NCBI GenBank assembly: GCA_001784155.1
Contig: MFPL01000007.1
Location: 10,101-74,100, forward strand
DNA length: 64,000 bases
DNA from: Candidatus Levybacteria bacterium RIFCSPLOWO2_12_FULL_41_12
GTDB taxonomy: Bacteria > Patescibacteriota > Microgenomatia > Levybacterales > UBA12049
Direction of reading: 5' to 3'
Position numbers and translations under genes: made by a program. Below, piece after piece: positions 59,807-64,000 of the stretch (its first letter is position 1; each line of letters opens with the position of its first letter). Under the pieces are notes generated by a model. That model was not told where the DNA came from and made no database searches. It saw only the letters and a program-made list of their open reading frames with translations.

Positions 59807-61114
59807 ATGAATAACGACGCTCTGATGGAGAAACTTGTCGCACTTTGCAAAAGGCGGGGTTTTATTTTTCCCGGATCAGAAATTTACGGAGGCCTTACGG
59901 GCACATGGGACTACGGACCTTTGGGAGCCCTACTCAAACAAAACATAAAACAAGAGTGGTGGAAATCGATGGTTCAGCTCAGATCAGACGTTGTAGGAGT
60001 TGACGCGGCGATCATGATGAACCCGGAAGTTTGGAAAGCGTCAGGGCATTTGGAAGCGTTTACAGACCCATTAGTTGAGTGTATGGCTTGCCATTCCAGA
60101 TTTCGGGCAGACAAAAAAGAAGAGATCGAGATTCACGAAAAAACTCATAACGAAAAAGTTGAATGGACAAACCCTAAAAAGTTTAATCTTTTGGTTGAGG
60201 CAAAGCTGGGAGTCATTGAGGGTGAAAAGCAAACTGTTTACCTGCGTGGTGAAATAACTCAAGGTGTTTTTGTAAATTTTGAAAATGTAGTTTCATCTAC
60301 CAGGGTTAAAATCCCCTTTGGAATAGCACAGATCGGGAAAGCCTTTAGAAATGAAATAACGCCTGGCAATTTTACTTATAGAAGCCGTGAGTTTGAACAG
60401 ATGGAGCTTGAATTTTTTGTTCGCCCGGAAGACAAAGAGGGGAATAAGTGGTTTGATTATTGGAAAAAAGAGAGAATGAGTTGGTATGTTTCCTTGGGTT
60501 TCAATAAGGAGAAGCTTAGATTTCGAAAGCATGAGGATGACGAGCGCGCCCATTATGCCAAGTTTGCAGAAGATATAGAGTATGATGCCCCCTTCGGATG
60601 GTCCGAGTTTGAGGGAATACACCACAGGGGAGATTGGGATCTTTCTCGCCATAAACTTTCATATACAGACGAAAATGGCGAAAAGCTTGTACCGTGGGTG
60701 ATTGAAACATCAGGAGGTGTAGACAGATCGCTTCTTTTCTTTTTGCTTGATAGCTATAAAGACGATCCTTCGACGAGCTCAGGACAAGCTAGAACTGTTT
60801 TAAAACTCCATCCAAGGCTTGCTCCCTACAAAGTGGCGGTGTTTCCTCTGCTGGCAAACAAAGAAGAACTCGTCAAAAAGGCACAAGGAATTTATAACGA
60901 TTTGAAGCCTCAGTTTATGACAGCGTGGGACGCGCGGGGAAATATAGGAAAACGCTATCTTTCGCAGGATGAGGCAGGAACTCCGTGGTGTGTGACGGTA
61001 GACTTCCAAACCCTGGAAGATGACACTGTTACTGTCCGCGACCGCGATACGGCCAAACAGGAAAGAGTAAAAATAGAACGCCTCGCAGGTTATATCTCCA
61101 ATAAGCTATCTTGA
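59807..61114 (+). CDS. glyQS: Glycine--tRNA ligase, alpha2 type
   Basis: CKRRGFIFPGSEIYGG, DYGPLG, YLRGEITQG, AQIGKAFRNEITP, REFEQMELE, VIETSGGVDR, NIGKRY..QDEAGTP. Confidence 0.95.
   Translation: MNNDALMEKLVALCKRRGFIFPGSEIYGGLTGTWDYGPLGALLKQNIKQEWWKSMVQLRSDVVGVDAAIMMNPEVWKASGHLEAFTDPLVECMACHSRFRADKKEEIEIHEKTHNEKVEWTNPKKFNLLVEAKLGVIEGEKQTVYLRGEITQGVFVNFENVVSSTRVKIPFGIAQIGKAFRNEITPGNFTYRSREFEQMELEFFVRPEDKEGNKWFDYWKKERMSWYVSLGFNKEKLRFRKHEDDERAHYAKFAEDIEYDAPFGWSEFEGIHHRGDWDLSRHKLSYTDENGEKLVPWVIETSGGVDRSLLFFLLDSYKDDPSTSSGQARTVLKLHPRLAPYKVAVFPLLANKEELVKKAQGIYNDLKPQFMTAWDARGNIGKRYLSQDEAGTPWCVTVDFQTLEDDTVTVRDRDTAKQERVKIERLAGYISNKLS
60766..60788. repeat. Second copy of REP-like element, in frame inside glyQS (encodes PSTSSGQ)
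   Basis: tcct-TCGACGAGCTC-agga-caag; cttcgacgagctcag matches cttcgacaagcccag (54318-54332) at 13/15 positions. Confidence 0.6.
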
Positions 61115-61140
61115 CAAGCAGTGAGCAATCTGACTATATT
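61111..61140 (+). promoter_or_regulatory. sigma70-type promoter TTGACA-18-TATATT
   Basis: -35 overlaps the glyQS stop; followed by AAGGGA and TTG start 61158. Confidence 0.5.
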
Positions 61141-61157
61141 TATAAGGGAAGCTAGAT

Positions 61158-62276
61158 TTGAAGCAAATAAAGGTCGGTCTTTCTTATAACGACGTTTTAC
61201 TAATTCCACAATATTCAAGCATAAAATCTCGATCAGAGGTCGATCTCTCCACAAAAATTACTCCAGACATTTCCCTAAAATTCCCACTTATTGCAGCTAA
61301 CATGGACACGGTAACTGGAGTTGAAATGGCTGTCGCCATATATAAGCTTGGAGGCATGAGCTATATTGGCCGATTTGATGAGCCCGAAATTCAGGCAAAT
61401 AAAATTGCAGAAATTAGAAAAAAAGGCGGAGAATCAATAGGAGTAATAGGGGTAAAAGGAGATTATCTAGATAGGGCCGAGAAACTTCTTAAAGCAGGTT
61501 CTTTGGCACTCCACTTGGACATTGCCCATGCCCATTCAGCACACGCTTTGGAGGTAATAAAAAACTGCAAGAAGCGCTTTCCCAAGGCTTCAATGATTGC
61601 CGGAACTGTGGCTACCTATGGAGGAGCATATGATCTATTTAAAGCTGGAGCGGATTCGGTGAAAGTCGGAATTGGCGCCGGTTCAATTTGTATTACAAGA
61701 ATAAATGCAGGCTCGGGGGTTCCTCAAATTACCGCAATTATGGAGGCGGCGCGAGCAAAGAAAAAGTTCAAAAATAAGTTTATTATTGCAGATGGTGGGG
61801 CTTCAAATCCTGGAGATGTTGTTAAGGCGCTTGCTGCAGGAGCGGATGCTTACGAAGGGGGTTCTTGGTGCGCAGGAGCAGATGAAGCACCTGGAGATAT
61901 TGTTGAGGTTAATGGAGAGCGTTTTAAGGAATACAACGGATCCACTTCTTTGTCCGAAAAAAAAAGACAGCTTCAGAAAGACGGGAACCATAAAAAAAAT
62001 GACTACGTTCTTCATGTTGAAGGAGTGGAGGGCATGATGAAATCTAGGGGACCGTTAAAAAGCATAGTAGATCAATATTCAGCGGGGGTTAGATCGGGGT
62101 TAAGCTACTCCGGAGCAAGAAATATAAAAGAGCTCTGGAGAAAAGCACAGTTTATACAAATTACAGCAGCAGGATTTAGAGAAAGCCAGGCTCATACAGT
62201 GGTGCTTCGAGAGACTACCCAGGAAAGAGTTAAAAGACCTCATCTTGACAAGGATCTATTTTATAACCTATCCTAA
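61158..62276 (+). CDS. guaB: IMP dehydrogenase/GMP reductase family, CBS-less
   Basis: [70 protein letters not shown] versus GMP reductase not resolved. Confidence 0.75.
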   Translation: MKQIKVGLSYNDVLLIPQYSSIKSRSEVDLSTKITPDISLKFPLIAANMDTVTGVEMAVAIYKLGGMSYIGRFDEPEIQANKIAEIRKKGGESIGVIGVKGDYLDRAEKLLKAGSLALHLDIAHAHSAHALEVIKNCKKRFPKASMIAGTVATYGGAYDLFKAGADSVKVGIGAGSICITRINAGSGVPQITAIMEAARAKKKFKNKFIIADGGASNPGDVVKALAAGADAYEGGSWCAGADEAPGDIVEVNGERFKEYNGSTSLSEKKRQLQKDGNHKKNDYVLHVEGVEGMMKSRGPLKSIVDQYSAGVRSGLSYSGARNIKELWRKAQFIQITAAGFRESQAHTVVLRETTQERVKRPHLDKDLFYNLS

Positions 62277-62282
62277 TTTAAG

Positions 62283-62762
62283 ATGGAGATTTTGAAAGAC
62301 AAGAAGGTAATAGGTTTTCTCACTATAGCAGTAGTTCTCATCATAGGAGGAGCTGTTTTTGCTTTTATGAGGGGAGCGGGTAGATCTTCAACTCCTTCAG
62401 ACAACTTTGTGCAGGAAGAATTACCAATACTTACGCCTGAAGACATAGGACTTGAAGTTACGGTTAGACAAGACGGAAAAGCATTAATGTTTGAGGTTAC
62501 AAAAGCCGATGATATAGAGCGTATTGAATACGAGATTACTTATGAAAAGGAAATTGACGGGGAAGCAGTCTCGGAAGGATTATACGGGGAAATGAACATC
62601 GCAGTGGACGGAATTACTAAGACAGATTTTCGAGAGTTCGGAACGTGTTCTTCGGGAGTTTGTAGATACGATAAGGTAGTTTCAGATGTGAAAATCACTA
62701 TGAAGGTTACCAAAAAAGACGGAAAAGTATACCAGGTGGAAAAATCTGTCTCCTTGGAATAA
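62283..62762 (+). CDS. Membrane-anchored hypothetical protein
   Basis: N-terminal TM, beta-rich domain with GTCSSGVCRYD Cys pair; TTGACA at 62245 upstream. Confidence 0.75.
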   Translation: MEILKDKKVIGFLTIAVVLIIGGAVFAFMRGAGRSSTPSDNFVQEELPILTPEDIGLEVTVRQDGKALMFEVTKADDIERIEYEITYEKEIDGEAVSEGLYGEMNIAVDGITKTDFREFGTCSSGVCRYDKVVSDVKITMKVTKKDGKVYQVEKSVSLE

Positions 62763-62790
62763 AACCGCGAAAATCCTCTATAATAACTTT

Positions 62791-63336
62791 ATGCCGGAAT
62801 TTCAGGAAGCTACATTCGGTGGGGGATGCTTTTGGTGTACCGAGGCTGTTTTTAGACGGCTTATGGGTGTTTTGTCGGTAAAATCAGGCTACAGCGGTGG
62901 GGATATAGATGAACCCTCCTATGAGGCTGTCTCAGAGGGTTCTACGGGTCACGCAGAGGCAGTGTATATAACGTTTGATCCTACGGTAATTAGCTATGAT
63001 ACTTTACTTCAGGTTTTTTGGGCTACACATGATCCCACAACGCTAAATAGACAGGGAAACGACGTAGGAACACAGTATAGATCGGTAATTTTTTATCATA
63101 CGCCCAAACAAAAAGAAGAGGCTGAAAAGTCTAAAACCGAACACCAAAAAGAATTCAAAGATAAAATAGTCACAGATATCTTACCGTTTGAAAAGTTCTA
63201 TACCGCTGAGGAACACCACCAGAACTATTATGATAGAAATCAAAGCTACCCTTACTGCTCAGCTATAATAGCCCCAAAAGTTCAAAAACTGCTCGATAAA
63301 TTCGGAGATAAAGTAAAAGAAGAATACAAAAAATAG
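62791..63336 (+). CDS. msrA: Peptide-methionine (S)-S-oxide reductase
   Basis: GGGCFWCTE, GYSGG, TGHAE, HDPTTLNRQGNDVGTQYRS, AEEHHQNYY. Confidence 0.96.
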   Translation: MPEFQEATFGGGCFWCTEAVFRRLMGVLSVKSGYSGGDIDEPSYEAVSEGSTGHAEAVYITFDPTVISYDTLLQVFWATHDPTTLNRQGNDVGTQYRSVIFYHTPKQKEEAEKSKTEHQKEFKDKIVTDILPFEKFYTAEEHHQNYYDRNQSYPYCSAIIAPKVQKLLDKFGDKVKEEYKK

Positions 63337-63339
63337 AAC

Positions 63340-63368
63340 TTGACTTCTAGGACTTATAGTGCTATAAA
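63340..63368 (+). promoter_or_regulatory. sigma70-type promoter TTGACT-17-TATAAA (extended TGn)
   Basis: -35 at 63340-63345, -10 at 63363-63368, GTG 6 nt later. Confidence 0.6.
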
Positions 63369-63374
63369 CTCGTC

Positions 63375-64000
63375 GTGGTAAAAGACGCACCCTCACAAAC
63401 ACCAGATATTGTAGCATTAAATGCCTCGATTGCTGATATTCAAGCAAAATCTTCGGCCTATATAGAAAGTGCAAGCAAATACACTGTAGCAAGAGATGAG
63501 GTTAGTGGGTTAATGTTGGCACTCCACGACGAACACTCTCGACTTTGGCTTGCCCAACATGATTTGATAAACGAGAGAGAAAGACAGTTAAGAGCTCAGC
63601 TTGATTCGCAAGGCCTTGCTATCTGTTTGGTAGAAGGTGCCTCGGGCTGGGTAAACCCTCATACCAGATCTGACTCAATCTGGACTGCCTCATGGGATGA
63701 ACTAAACAAGCTAGGAGTTTTCCCCAAAGATCAGATGACCATGGTGTATAAAGAAGGCACCAGCCAGCGTAAGGTAGGCGGTGCATATGGCGGATTTGAG
63801 ACTTATAGGTACCACGACTTTCAAAGCTTTTGTCCGGAGCATGCGCCGGAACCAGAGAGGAAAAATTATAAAGATAGTGAGGATCAATCCATGTGGACCA
63901 GAGCTCAGCTAAAGGATGGTAAATATGTTAGAGAGGTTGATGGTGAAATAGTATATGATTCTCCCGATCAGGGAAAAGTCCAGCAAGCACTTTACGAACA
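63375..64000 (+). CDS. Hypothetical protein, 3'-truncated by window edge (not in ORF track)
   Basis: Hand translation from GTG 63375 (MVKDAPSQTPDIVALNASIADIQ...) is open for ~208 codons to the window end. Confidence 0.7.
   Translation, partial: MVKDAPSQTPDIVALNASIADIQAKSSAYIESASKYTVARDEVSGLMLALHDEHSRLWLAQHDLINERERQLRAQLDSQGLAICLVEGASGWVNPHTRSDSIWTASWDELNKLGVFPKDQMTMVYKEGTSQRKVGGAYGGFETYRYHDFQSFCPEHAPEPERKNYKDSEDQSMWTRAQLKDGKYVREVDGEIVYDSPDQGKVQQALYE

Noticed and set aside
8-63492. The many 60-120 aa antisense or alternate-frame ORFs in the track (e.g. 15986-16267, 25629-25994, 59044-59400, 60293-60652, 63259-63492)
   Set aside because: They overlap well-supported genes, have no motifs and look like shadow ORFs.
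1-64000. CRISPR array, tRNA/rRNA, IS transposase, integrase
   Set aside because: Intergenic gaps are under 200 nt with no repeat-spacer pattern or cloverleaf seen, and no ORF has recognisable transposase or integrase motifs (by eye only).

Overview
AT-rich, densely coding bacterial window. The gene content (DUF5667- and DUF4012-like proteins, alpha2-type GlyRS, short RecO, weak Shine-Dalgarno signals) suggests a Patescibacteria/CPR genome, probably Microgenomates-like; this is inference, not a database result. Positions 1 to ~57.2 kb form one very large surface-glycosylation locus. It encodes nucleotide-sugar enzymes (ColD/RfbH-like, RmlD-like, Fcl/GME-like, RfbF, RfbG, RmlC-like, UXS-like, ManC), two split transketolase-like pairs and five SAM methyltransferases. 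It also encodes about 15 GT2/GT4/GT10 glycosyltransferases, seven polytopic GT-C/ligase-like membrane proteins (two with F5/8 discoidin domains), a CysD/AlkP/HAD module, a GMC oxidoreductase and a priming sugar transferase. Housekeeping genes follow (recO, glyQS, guaB-like, msrA). The main non-obvious signals are: (1) a four-helix-bundle gene bracketed by 5+5 inverted heptamer arrays that fill both intergenic spacers; (2) two copies of a short REP-like hairpin (stem-TCGAC[AG]AGC[CT]C-stem) inside coding sequence, one in glyQS; (3) parallel cassettes of sugar synthesis + polyprenyl-P transferase + GT-C/discoidin; (4) eight genes whose start codon lies exactly 6 nt after a -10-like box, suggesting leaderless mRNAs. 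I found no tRNA, rRNA, CRISPR array or transposase. All protein family calls come from motif recognition by eye, not searches.
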